IMG/VR virus record: IMGVR_UViG_3300050821_013430
Span: 372,001-436,000 of that record
Direction: 5' to 3' (one strand)
Length of the DNA: 64,000 nucleotides
The position numbers and the translations under genes are program-made. The notes beneath the pieces were generated by a model. The model was not told the origin of the DNA. It ran no database searches and worked only from the letters and a program-made list of their open reading frames with translations. Every line of letters starts with the position of its first letter. Positions within the stretch are counted from its first letter, which is position 1. Positions 21,079-30,898 of the stretch are shown here, in pieces.

Positions 21079-21579
21079 TTAGTCCGAAGAAGCATCGTTG
21101 CAAACGCACAAGTTTGCCGAATTGAGATGGCATTCGGGTGCGACGCAAGCAACATCAGAAGCGGCATCCGTTGCAGCGTCGGGACACACGCAAGTCCCTG
21201 GCACTGGCTGAACGCAAGGTGCTTTGCAAACGAAGGCGTCCTTGCTTCCCGCATCGAGATCACAAGGATCGAAGTTGAAGTCCTGCATCCATCCATTAGG
21301 AGTACAGGTAAACCACCAGTGGCTGGCCATACAGACAGTGCTAACTACACCGTTAGTGCAAGAGCCTTTCACCATGTTGCCTTGCGCATCCTTCATGTAA
21401 GCGCAAGTGCAGGCGTCGCTGCCATCCCCGAAACCGGGATAGAAGGCGGGAGAGCCATCCTGCAAGAAACTGGGGTATTGATTGGCATCGTCGGGGACAT
21501 CGGCCGGGACGTATTCGCTGCCCGAGGCGCAGGCCGAGATGGCGAGAGCGGAGAAGATGATCAGTGTTGTGTTCTTCAT
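21079..21579 (-). CDS. Cys-rich lipoprotein
   Basis: MKNTTLIIFSALAISA-C lipobox; about 14 Cys; DAG/DAA motifs. Confidence 0.7.
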   Translation of the reverse strand: MKNTTLIIFSALAISACASGSEYVPADVPDDANQYPSFLQDGSPAFYPGFGDGSDACTCAYMKDAQGNMVKGSCTNGVVSTVCMASHWWFTCTPNGWMQDFNFDPCDLDAGSKDAFVCKAPCVQPVPGTCVCPDAATDAASDVACVAPECHLNSANLCVCNDASSD

Positions 21580-21978
21580 TGAGGTGTTCCTTTCGAGTTG
21601 AGTGTTTCGATTGATGTCTATACGGTAGACATCTCCTTGATCTCTTCTTGGGAGGCTTCTTCCGTGTCGTGCATATCGAGCACGTCGTAGATTTCGTCCA
21701 GTAGCGAATCGGGTGAGCCGAGACACACCACCGGACTAACTTCCAGATGCATTCCTGCTTGTGCCGTAGCCTCTCTCACCTTCTCGGGGATGGTGTAGTC
21801 ATCTCCGACGATGTAGCGAGCGACCGTGATATCAGGGGTGCAGTAGGCGAGCCTTACTAACCTCATTGGATCATCCTCCCTTGTCAGTGATGGTGGCTAA
21901 GCATGAACAAGATCAGACAACCGTAAGCGATCCCAACGCCCAACAGAAAGAACGCTGCCTTCTCTTTGCGAGTCATCG

Positions 21979-22236
21979 TTATACTCCACTTTCAATCGGC
22001 TTGACAATGCTCAACTTCAACTCGAAGGTATGCCCAACTTCGTCAGTATCGGTATCGAAGAAGACGATCTTGGACTTTTGGAAGTCCACCACGCAGTGGG
22101 CGAAGATATGACCAGACTTGAAATCACCAACATCCACCTTCAACTTCGGCTTCTCGAAGGAGAGCACGCCTTCGTCCACTGAGTCCCAAGTTTCCCACGA
22201 GAAGAGTTGCCCTTCGATTCCCGTTTCGATGCTCAT
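21979..22236 (-). CDS. hypothetical protein
   Basis: AGGAGAACGGACAATG start. Confidence 0.55.
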   Translation of the reverse strand: MSIETGIEGQLFSWETWDSVDEGVLSFEKPKLKVDVGDFKSGHIFAHCVVDFQKSKIVFFDTDTDEVGHTFELKLSIVKPIESGV

Positions 22237-22252
22237 TGTCCGTTCTCCTTGT

Positions 22253-22765
22253 TCATTCCTCACCACCAGCCTCAATCCAGTTTTGGATGGTGGCAAGTTT
22301 CCACTCACACCCTTGGTTCCGCGATTCCAGCCAGACTTTCAGCATGTAGACGCTACCGCACGACGAACATCGCCACATTGATCCGATGCGGATCAACTCC
22401 ACCTTATTGCGCCAGAAGAATCTCCACCATCCGCCATTGACGATGATATGCCTGGCGCAGAGTTTATCGGTATCGGCGATCATCGAATTAGTCCCAGGCA
22501 AACCCTTTGTTCCAGGTGGTGAGCACTTATGAGGGATAGCCTCCGGCTTGACGTGGATCAATCCAAACTTGGGATTGGGCGGTGGTTGCACTGCCACACT
22601 GATATCTCGATAGGGATGCTTTTCGATGGCGGTAGTGTTCATCTTGATCTCTTCCTTCAACAGGCAGTCATTACAGAGCCTGCAAGCGAGGAGGTTGTCT
22701 TTCCACGGATAGAGGGTGCTCATTCGAGAGCACTTGTCGCAGGTGCCGCGATAGGTGGCCATCAC
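22253..22765 (-). CDS. zinc-binding paralog family A protein with extra N-terminal zinc finger
   Basis: CDKC..CRLC, then HPYR...HKC.PP...WRCSSC...WIEAGG. Confidence 0.6.
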   Translation of the reverse strand: MMATYRGTCDKCSRMSTLYPWKDNLLACRLCNDCLLKEEIKMNTTAIEKHPYRDISVAVQPPPNPKFGLIHVKPEAIPHKCSPPGTKGLPGTNSMIADTDKLCARHIIVNGGWWRFFWRNKVELIRIGSMWRCSSCGSVYMLKVWLESRNQGCEWKLATIQNWIEAGGEE

Positions 22766-23694
22766 TCACTTACTCCTGTTCTCCGGTTCGACCCAATCGA
22801 TCCCTAACACTCGAAACAGGTCTTCCTCATTCTCCCCGCCCAACTTCTCATCCCCACGCCACACACCATACTCATTGACCGTTAGACCTTTGACCTGCGC
22901 CATAGTCCTTACGAAGATGTTCCACTCCCTGCTACCAGTACAGTGATTCAGCAGCGCCCCATAACTCTCCCTACCTGCGAACCAGAAGTCGCACTGTATC
23001 CCACCTTCGTCCGGCAGAGTGATACTGATCCTCTTCTCACCACCCGAGATCACCTCAAACGCGATCTTTCCTTGCATCAGAGCGTAGGATAGGTCGATCA
23101 CTTTCGTCTTTGACTCGTCGATGCAAACGGCGATGTCGATATCCTTAGCCGTTTCCAGTTTGCGACGGATACTCCCACACACCGTTGCATCCAACACATT
23201 GGGCAACGCCAACATACACTCTCGCACCTTGTCTGCAATCCTCTTTGCATCCTCATATGGGATGCGCTTCGACTCTTTCTTGGTGGTAGCCAGCACCGCT
23301 TCCGTCAGTTTGGGATCAAGTTTCCCCTCTCGTGCCGCTTCCACCAACGCTTCGATGCCGCTATAACCCTCCTCATACAGACGCATTGCTCGCTTAGGGC
23401 CAATTCCATGCACCACCGTCATGGTCAGCATTCCAATCGGATAGTCAGCGGCAAGAGTCTCGTACTTCTCGCTGGTGCCGTGTTCCAGAAACTCGCGGAT
23501 CACTTCTCGGATACTGACACCAACACCACGAACCAGTTTCAGGTTGCGTCTTCGATCGATTCTCCGGCGTATTCCATTTCCAGGATGCTCTTGGCCGCTT
23601 TCTCGTAGGCTTCCGTCTTGAAGTGGTTTTCACCGTTGAGTGTTTTGAGTTGCGAGATCAGTTTGAGATGATCAGCGACCTCTTGGTTTCGCAT
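22766..23694 (-). CDS. polX: DNA polymerase X family protein (no PHP domain), interrupted by a -1 frameshift near 23543-23630
   Basis: N-terminal MRNQEVADHL...AYEKAA in one frame; HhH GVG and GIGPK, GSIRR..KDID and third Asp (QCDF) in the other frame. Confidence 0.85.
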
Positions 23695-23921
23695 TACAGC
23701 CTCCACTGTTTGGATATTGGGACTGGCAGTGGCGCGCCTTCCTTATGGGCGACCACCAGATAGACTTCCGGACGGATACGACTAACCTCGAAGTGTTCGT
23801 TGAGGTGGTTCTTGATGATCACTACGGTATGAGTGTCGATCATCCCCACCTTATGGAAGTCGATGAGGGTATCGATGATGTCTCGGGTGAGTTTGGCGGG
23901 TGGACGGGCGTAGATGAGCAC
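23694..23921 (-). CDS. hypothetical protein
   Basis: TAATG-coupled to polX. Confidence 0.5.
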   Translation of the reverse strand: MLIYARPPAKLTRDIIDTLIDFHKVGMIDTHTVVIIKNHLNEHFEVSRIRPEVYLVVAHKEGAPLPVPISKQWRL

Positions 23922-23950
23922 GGTACCTCCGTTTGGATTGTGGATTGACT

Positions 23951-24026
23951 TGGTGCGCCAGGCCAGATTTGAACTGGCAACTCTTCGCTTAGAAGGCGAA
24001 GTTTCTATCCGTTGAATTACTGGCGC
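23951..24026 (-). tRNA. tRNA-Arg(UCU)
   Basis: Acceptor GCGCCAG/CTGGCGC, anticodon arm TTCGC-CTTCTAA-GCGAA, T-loop TTCAAAT, encoded CCA. Confidence 0.92.
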
Positions 24027-24034
24027 AAACTACT

Positions 24035-24520
24035 TCACGGTGCGCTGAACGACTGCACCGTACAATACTTCGACCCCACGAACGTCATCACGACAGGATT
24101 GGGGGAGCCGATGTTGGGTAGATCACTGTCTGCATAAGACACGGTATAGGTCAGCGTCGTCCGATCCAACGACACCGACCACCCACCGAAGTCTGATGGT
24201 GGCACCACGTCCAAGACGATGGACAATGGTGCGGTGCCCCATCCTTTTTGCGTTGTACCGAACATTAGAGAGTCGGACGATTGCATGCTCGCCGAGGCAA
24301 CCGAGGCGGAAACAAAGACACTTCCGTCTGAATACTCCTCTGCTTCGTAGGTGATATACTGCTCGGCCATATTGATGTTGGCGAAGCCGGTGCAGTAGGT
24401 GGATTCCACCACGTAATCGGAAGCACCGGCCTCTCCGGACACACCATCTCTCCCATCTTTTCCGTTGGATGCGCATCCAGAGGCGATAAGACACGCGACA
24501 CCAATAGCGATCGTCCTCAT
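24035..24520 (-). CDS. lipoprotein with short collagen-like repeat (paralog of 27788)
   Basis: IASG-C lipobox; GKDGRDGVSGEAG; shared C-terminal domain. Confidence 0.7.
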   Translation of the reverse strand: MRTIAIGVACLIASGCASNGKDGRDGVSGEAGASDYVVESTYCTGFANINMAEQYITYEAEEYSDGSVFVSASVASASMQSSDSLMFGTTQKGWGTAPLSIVLDVVPPSDFGGWSVSLDRTTLTYTVSYADSDLPNIGSPNPVVMTFVGSKYCTVQSFSAP

Positions 24521-24561
24521 TGAAGTTCTCCTTTGGTTGTGTAAGTCTTCGGATCGGCTGA

Positions 24562-24717
24562 TATATAGTTCAGTGCAAGGAAACCGTTATAGCGATCAAG
24601 AGGCTATTCGCATCTGGCAAAACCAACAAGGAGATAGCCAAGAAGTTTGGTATGAAAGCCAGATACGTATGGCGTATCCGTACAGGAGAGATATGGTCTG
24701 ATCTTCAAGTCGAATAG
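24562..24717 (+). pseudogene. HTH fragment (homing-endonuclease C-terminal type), no canonical start
   Basis: Manual translation CKETVIAIKRLFASGKTNKEIAKKFGMKARYVWRIRTGEIWSDL; frame begins after a TGA. Confidence 0.5.
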
Positions 24718-24763
24718 ACTACCGATTCGACCCACCAATCACTTGATAGGCCGAGGCAGTAGC

Positions 24764-25288
24764 CTACAACGACTTGTTCACACTGATGTCAGCGTGCGCC
24801 GTAAGCGCGTAAGTCAGTGTCGGGCCATCACTGGGAATACTGCCAGTGAACCAGAAGTGCAACGACACCGGCCCACTTGACAGATACCGCAACATCGTTC
24901 CGTTGTCCATCGTAATGGGCAAGTTGACGCTGGTCGTTCCTGAAACATCCGTGTCGACCATCGTTGCTTCCGGCATTCCCCCTCCGTCTGTCTGAGGAGA
25001 CATCGTGATCTTGACATGGTTCATGAACGACAGATCACTTCCTGTGAGAACACTACTCGGGAAAGAGACACTGAGACCGCCGATCTTTCCCAGATTGGAA
25101 AGAGCACTACTGATGTCGTAGGTCTGCACCGTATCCACCGTTCCCGAAACACCCGGCGGAATAGGTACCGGACTTGCAGGAAGAGAGAAACTTTCGGAGA
25201 CAGAAGCATCATCCGAGGCAGTACCCTGTACGCATCCGATCGCACAGGCACACACGAGAGAGAGTAGAGAGAGTAGAGAGAGTTTCAT
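24764..25288 (-). CDS. putative lipoprotein
   Basis: ACAIG-C lipobox; beta-rich. Confidence 0.7.
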   Translation of the reverse strand: MKLSLLSLLSLVCACAIGCVQGTASDDASVSESFSLPASPVPIPPGVSGTVDTVQTYDISSALSNLGKIGGLSVSFPSSVLTGSDLSFMNHVKITMSPQTDGGGMPEATMVDTDVSGTTSVNLPITMDNGTMLRYLSSGPVSLHFWFTGSIPSDGPTLTYALTAHADISVNKSL

Positions 25289-25318
25289 TGGTCTTGATCT
25301 CCTTTCGAGTTTGATGGC

Positions 25319-25864
25319 TTAGAACAGCCACTGAAAGCCAATACCAACTGCTGGTGCAGCCGTGGCAGACAAGTGCGGATTGCCAACGCTGACATTGGCG
25401 GGAGGAGTGAAGGTGTTTTGGAATCCTGAGACATTGGCATCGAGATGCGTCAGACCTCCGCGGAAGTAGAAACGGAATCCCGTTCTCTTTCCAAACTCCA
25501 AACCGAGAAGCAGATTCTCGTAGGTGTAGGAAACACTCGGAGAGCCGTTGACGCCTGGCACCTGACCAGCCCAGAAACCTCCCACCTCACCAGTCAGCGT
25601 GAGAGACACGGGAAAGTTGAACGGATCGATAGTGGCCGAGCCTTTCATCCCGGGCGCGAGACCGTTGTAGGAGCCATAAACTCCCAACTTCAACTGTGGA
25701 ATCCACGGACTCATTACGAGCCCGAGGCTTCCACCAGAGGGAACACCGACATCGAGTCCAGCACCAAGTCTGAACTTGTTCCCTTCCGGTTCCCCCGCCA
25801 TCGCACTTCCTCCCATCGCCATCATCGCGACGAGACACATTCCGAATACCGTTCGCTTGATCAT
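25319..25864 (-). CDS. outer-membrane beta-barrel-like protein
   Basis: Signal peptide (..SAMA), alternating strands, C-terminal GFQWLF BAM-type signature. Confidence 0.7.
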   Translation of the reverse strand: MIKRTVFGMCLVAMMAMGGSAMAGEPEGNKFRLGAGLDVGVPSGGSLGLVMSPWIPQLKLGVYGSYNGLAPGMKGSATIDPFNFPVSLTLTGEVGGFWAGQVPGVNGSPSVSYTYENLLLGLEFGKRTGFRFYFRGGLTHLDANVSGFQNTFTPPANVSVGNPHLSATAAPAVGIGFQWLF

Positions 25865-26076
25865 TGAGTCGTCCTTTCGTTTCCGCAGTTTCGTTCGCAC
25901 GCCATTCGTGCGTTCCAACACTCACCCGTACACTCTGACTTCTGACTTGGTGTTCCTTTCTTGCACCGTCCCATACACTTGTCGCTTTCGATCTTGCACG
26001 CATCCACACAATCGAGTTTGTCCGTCGAAGTCGATCCGAACATCACGACAGTTAGCAGCAAGATCACGAGTCTCAT
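25861..26076 (-). CDS. secreted Cys-rich small protein
   Basis: Signal peptide; regularly spaced CxxxC helices. Confidence 0.55.
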   Translation of the reverse strand: MRLVILLLTVVMFGSTSTDKLDCVDACKIESDKCMGRCKKGTPSQKSECTGECWNARMACERNCGNERTTQ

Positions 26077-26345
26077 GCTCTCGCCCTTGCTTCTTGGCTC
26101 TCGTTGATGATCACGACCTTATCACCGCAGTATTCCTCGATGATGTGTCGTCCCTTGTCGCGACCACAAGCCACCCCCAACTCCTTACAGTAGTCCTTGA
26201 TAGAGCCACGGTATGGGCGGATGGTGTTGTTGCCACCATAAGCGGGATCACTCCACACGAAGTTCTCCCTGTGAGTGGTGGTTAGGAGCCACTCAGAGCC
26301 CCAGAACCAGATGAAGTTGGCTGAATCACTGCTTCTCAGACTCAT
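26073..26345 (-). CDS. hypothetical protein
   Basis: Coupled ORF. Confidence 0.55.
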   Translation of the reverse strand: MSLRSSDSANFIWFWGSEWLLTTTHRENFVWSDPAYGGNNTIRPYRGSIKDYCKELGVACGRDKGRHIIEEYCGDKVVIINESQEARARA

Positions 26346-26590
26346 CGCTTCTTCTCTTTCTCCGGTACGGTGTCAATTCGATGTTCTCCCTTCCAATTCG
26401 ACTCCACGATCTTGCCAGTGATGACGCGATCGCCATCCCTGACAGAGACCATGATCCCGACTCGTCTTGGCGGAAGGGCGATGAAGGTATAGTAGCGCGG
26501 AGAGACATTGCTCTCAGGGGCAAGAATGGTCAGGATCTCTTCGGTCATTGGGAATACCTCCGCGTTATCGAGTGAAGAACACGATGCCAC
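26342..26590 (-). CDS. hypothetical protein
   Basis: Coupled ORF. Confidence 0.45.
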   Translation of the reverse strand: MASCSSLDNAEVFPMTEEILTILAPESNVSPRYYTFIALPPRRVGIMVSVRDGDRVITGKIVESNWKGEHRIDTVPEKEKKR

Positions 26591-27372
26591 CGATGACCAC
26601 GAACCATCCGATGAAGATGAGTAGGGTCACCAAGGTTGCCAGTGGATTGTCGTCGTTTCCTTGAACCGTTGCGATAGGTCGATCACTGATCATTGCGTTG
26701 TTCCTTTCAGTCGAATCGTTGTCCCCCTCTTTGGATCGTAGACCACCACTCTTCCCGGAGGAGAATAGCGCGTAGCGACAAGTTGCGCTTCGTTCTCCCA
26801 TCCCCTCTCACCGGAACGAAGATAGCCATACTTGGCGCAGAAGAGCAGATCGCCCCAGGAGGTGTCATGTCGTAGGTACTTGCCATCGAAGAGGGGATGT
26901 TCGATGACGAAGAGAAGGACGCTCATGCCCACATGTCCCAGGACTCGCCGCAGTCGAGACACCTACGAGTAGGATATCCACCATCATCGCCTGACTTGAT
27001 GGTGCGGCGGTGTTTGCAGTGTTGCGTGATGGGAGGCTCGGGGAGACGAAGGCCTTTGACATGGGGCGCGAGATGATTCAGGTCTGGAACGCCCTGACGA
27101 GTGAGTTTGATCTTGGCTATTCGTTTCATCAACAGTCTCCTCTCATTGGGATTGTCCATTGAACCATCGCATCAAGCACCTTAGCAAGTCCTCTCGACAA
27201 TTAGTGCACAACCGGAGAGTACGAACTGGTATGTCGTTGACCCAAGTTGGTTGGAGATGAACGATATCGAAGGGAATGCTAGTCGCTTTTGCGGCAGATG
27301 AATCCACTCCACCATTAGTCAGATAGACGACGCGGGTTTCAGGCCACTTAGTCTTGCAACGCTGACAGGTTC

Positions 27373-27771
27373 TCATGTGTGTATGTACCCATCTTTCACT
27401 TCAACACCGACATACATCCCGCCCAACATGAACGAGTAGTGATCTTGCGACCACCTCAGTTGGCTAACGATTTCCTCGTATCGCTTCGGAAACGACTTCT
27501 TGATCGAATCGAGCACGACGGGTGGGATGTATCCCGTTCCATCGCAGGCATTGCAATCATCGAACACGGCATCTTTCAGTCCTGCCGATGGATTGCGCAC
27601 AATCTTCCCCAATGGAGCATAATAGCACCGCTCGTAATAGGAGCACTTTGGACATCGAATCGCGCTGCTCATTGTTGTTCCTTTCGTTGTCGCCAATACC
27701 GATATTCCTCCACCAGACCAATGCAGAAGGAACCGATCACACAGAGGAGAAGCCAGGTGAATTGCAGCCAA
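27373..27771 (-). CDS. DnaJ-type zinc-finger hypothetical protein
   Basis: CPKC...CNACDGTG; true start probably MSSAIR. Confidence 0.5.
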   Translation of the reverse strand: MAAIHLASPLCDRFLLHWSGGGISVLATTKGTTMSSAIRCPKCSYYERCYYAPLGKIVRNPSAGLKDAVFDDCNACDGTGYIPPVVLDSIKKSFPKRYEEIVSQLRWSQDHYSFMLGGMYVGVEVKDGYIHT

Positions 27772-27787
27772 TCACGAAGCCAACGGA

Positions 27788-28336
27788 TCATTGGGGAGCC
27801 GGGAAGGAGGTCATCGTACAATCCGTGCTCGGGAACAACAACACGATCGGCCCACCGTCGAGGTCGTCATCCTCATACGAGGCGCTGACCATCATTGCGT
27901 CTCGGTCTAAGGAAAGGACGAAGTATCCGAACTCTGCCGAAGGAACGAGATCCAACTCAATCACCAACGGAGTGGTGGCGTATCCTGTTTGAGTGGGAGC
28001 GAAGTAGGCGGAGTTGGATGCCGAGAGCGTACCATTGGACACCGTGGCGGAAACGAACATACTCCCACCGTAGAAGTGATCCGTTTGATACCGGAAGGCG
28101 ATGAGCGTGCTATCCATCGTTCCGTTCCCAATGCATTGGATGCTCTGATTGATGTAGTCCGAGGAGCCAGGATTGCCCTGAGGGCCCGCGTCTCCGGTCA
28201 TTCCCGTTGTTCCCGCCTCTCCGGTATCTCCCTTGGGGCCGGTGTTTCCTGCCGGGCCCTCGGGCCCTTCCGCCCCAACGGTAGTGCAGCCCATCGCCAA
28301 CATCGCCACCAATCCAATCATCGTCTTCATTGTCAT
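27788..28336 (-). CDS. collagen-like repeat lipoprotein
   Basis: LAMG-C lipobox; about 13 G-X-Y triplets; C-terminal domain paralogous to 24035. Confidence 0.8.
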   Translation of the reverse strand: MTMKTMIGLVAMLAMGCTTVGAEGPEGPAGNTGPKGDTGEAGTTGMTGDAGPQGNPGSSDYINQSIQCIGNGTMDSTLIAFRYQTDHFYGGSMFVSATVSNGTLSASNSAYFAPTQTGYATTPLVIELDLVPSAEFGYFVLSLDRDAMMVSASYEDDDLDGGPIVLLFPSTDCTMTSFPAPQ

Positions 28337-28905
28337 TCTCCTTTTGACCCAGTAGCCAAAACTCGGATCAACTTCGCCGGAACCCCACCTACCATCGTGT
28401 TTGGGGGGACATCTCTCGTCACTACCGCACCGCTTGCTACTACTGCACCCTCACCGATCTTGACGCCAGGAAGGATCTTGACACCACTTCCAATCCAAGC
28501 GCCATCGCCAATCGATACCGGAGCATAGGTTGCCTTCCCACATCGACGATGGGCATTCCCAGATTCATGGCTGACCGTCATAATCAGTACATGATGACCG
28601 ATCCCCACACGATCACCGATATCCACAGCCGCTCCCAGGTCAATATGAAACGGCCCGTTGATGTAAGCCTCCTCTCCAATCGTCAGGAGTTCCTTGGCAT
28701 CACCAAACCCGGTGATGTTGAGTTCTCCGTGGATTAGGGAAGACCGCCCAATGCGAAGACCCATTGCCCGAAGGAGGGTCGTCCGCACCCGATCGAAGGT
28801 CAATTGCGGTAAGGATCGAGAAACCAGCCTCCCACCTACCTTCCGAAGGTCGATCTTCGTTTCGTCGCGCACTACGTTGATGAGTTTGTTGACGTTGTAC
28901 TTCAT
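28333..28905 (-). CDS. hexapeptide-repeat (LbH) O-acetyltransferase
   Basis: IGDGAWIGSGVKILPGVKIGEGAVVASGAVVTRDVPPNTMVGGVPA signature. Confidence 0.9.
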   Translation of the reverse strand: MKYNVNKLINVVRDETKIDLRKVGGRLVSRSLPQLTFDRVRTTLLRAMGLRIGRSSLIHGELNITGFGDAKELLTIGEEAYINGPFHIDLGAAVDIGDRVGIGHHVLIMTVSHESGNAHRRCGKATYAPVSIGDGAWIGSGVKILPGVKIGEGAVVASGAVVTRDVPPNTMVGGVPAKLIRVLATGSKGE

Positions 28906-28908
28906 GAC

Positions 28909-29559
28909 TCAGTATCCGTTCGCACACCAGTAGGAAGTTAGGTTGCTCTGACACGACCCTGCATCGGGGCAAGGGGTATCGAGCGTGCAGTTTCCGGCTG
29001 ACGTCGGTGGGATCTGCACACCACCAGGGCAAGTCCAATACCACTCCCACTCCGATCCCATCCCACCATCGCTCTCGGGGAAGGTGAAGAGTTCTCCTCC
29101 ATAGACGGTACAGGTAGGTGTCTTGCAGATCAGGGCGGATAGTCCCAGATTGGCGAAGACGCTGCATTCCTCATTGGGGGCGCCGGTGGTGGATAGGATG
29201 CCTCCGTCTTGATCCCTGACATTGCCGTTGTTGCCACCATCCGCACCATCGATGTTGTAGGCGCGATACAGCCATTGCCCGCACGGATCCGTCCCATCGA
29301 AGGATCCCACCCCATAGAAGGCTCCGGTGGGGATCTCTGTACAGGCAGTACCACCGCTTGACGAGGAACTCGATCCTGAACTGCCGCTACTTCCACTACT
29401 GCCGGAAGACGAACCGCTTGATCCGCTTCCGCTTGACCCCGAGGATGACCCTCCCATATCATCGGGAGCGTCGCTTGCATTGCCTGCGTCGTTTTGGATG
29501 GCCCCACTACTGCCACCGCATCCGACGCATATCGATAGTAGCACCATTGTCGTCTTCAT
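28909..29559 (-). CDS. Ser/Gly-linker, Cys-rich lipoprotein
   Basis: SICVG-C lipobox; SSGSSG linker; DAG/DGG motifs. Confidence 0.7.
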   Translation of the reverse strand: MKTTMVLLSICVGCGGSSGAIQNDAGNASDAPDDMGGSSSGSSGSGSSGSSSGSSGSSGSSGSSSSSSGGTACTEIPTGAFYGVGSFDGTDPCGQWLYRAYNIDGADGGNNGNVRDQDGGILSTTGAPNEECSVFANLGLSALICKTPTCTVYGGELFTFPESDGGMGSEWEWYWTCPGGVQIPPTSAGNCTLDTPCPDAGSCQSNLTSYWCANGY

Positions 29560-30898
29560 CTTGATCCCTTTCGTTTCGCCAACTCAGATTGCTTGCACTT
29601 GTCCGGATGCTCTCTGCAAACGGCGGTGCTATGATGACCGCACCCGTCGCAGTAGTAGAGGTCAATCACCTCTATGGGTATCATCGGCTCCGTATCGCGC
29701 TCCGAATCCTTGTCCTTCACTGGCCAGTATCCGTACATCTCAGTACCGCCTTTCCTTCCGGGCCGGGATAGTTTCGTCCACCTCTCGCCATCCATCGATT
29801 GGATGGTTTCAGACACTCGCATCGATCTCCTTTGCAGTCTCCCCATACGTAGATCACCGGATGCTTATCACCTTCCGCGACATGATTGCCGGTATGCGGA
29901 GAACGGAGGGTGCAGGTGTATCCGTCCAGACCCAAAAACCGGGAGAGCCATCGCTGATCTCGCGCCCCGCACATAGAGGCATTGGTGCGATAAACGCTCA
30001 TTGGCTCACATGGTAGATGGTGAAACACACCCTACCTCCCGGCTCGCATATCTCATCGCCGGTGCAGCAGGTACCCTCTTCATTGCACTCCACGAAGCCA
30101 GGATCACAATGCAACACCGGCTCCTCTCGTTTCAATCCCTCTACCCACTGGTCATCTATGGGAGTCCAGGCGGGAGAGAGGAAGATAGCGGCTCCCAATG
30201 CGATGAACGATAGCGGAGCGTCTCTCATGGCTTCCTCGTGATCAGGTAGGTAATGGTGGTGAACATGAGGAAGGCCACGAAGACGAATGCTCCCCATCCT
30301 TCGGATTGGAGATCGCCAATGGATACCAACTTGAATGCCCCAACTCCGGAGGCGGTGGCACCGACTGCACCGACACACATGCACTTGAATACGCCCATCT
30401 TACTCCTCCGTGTATCCGTTGAACCAAGGGCCATACTTCTTCGTGCGTTCCTTCCCTTCCTTGGAAGTGGTCGTGCGCGAAGAGGAGTTTGCCTCGCTGC
30501 AAAACTCCTGAGCATCCGCCAATGTCAGTCCTTTGAGAAGAACCTTGTTGGGGCCGTTGAAGAAGAGGCGAATGACCTTGTAGGTGGCCATCACTCCACC
30601 AGACTATCCGGTACCCATGACTCTCCGATGGTATCGAAGTCGAGGATCATGGGCTCCAAGTCCCAGGACTTCTCTCCCTCGGCGCGAATGAGACGGATGC
30701 TCTCGCCGTTTTCGAGCCAGGAGATCTTCCAAACGGTTCGATCCTCTTCCGCGTATGCATGAGCAAACTCGAACCGAGCGAAACTTCTAAGCCCAGTAGT
30801 CTCTGATCTCGTCTGATACATGATGTTGTTCTCCTTTGGGTTAGACGCTTAGGGCGGGCCCCGGTTATGCGGAGCCCGAATGGAAGCGTATTACCTGA

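Noticed and set aside
29340-29460. Low-complexity Ser/Gly DNA repeat (also poly-Gly near 33770)
   Set aside because: Explained by protein linkers with synonymous variation; not an independent DNA element.
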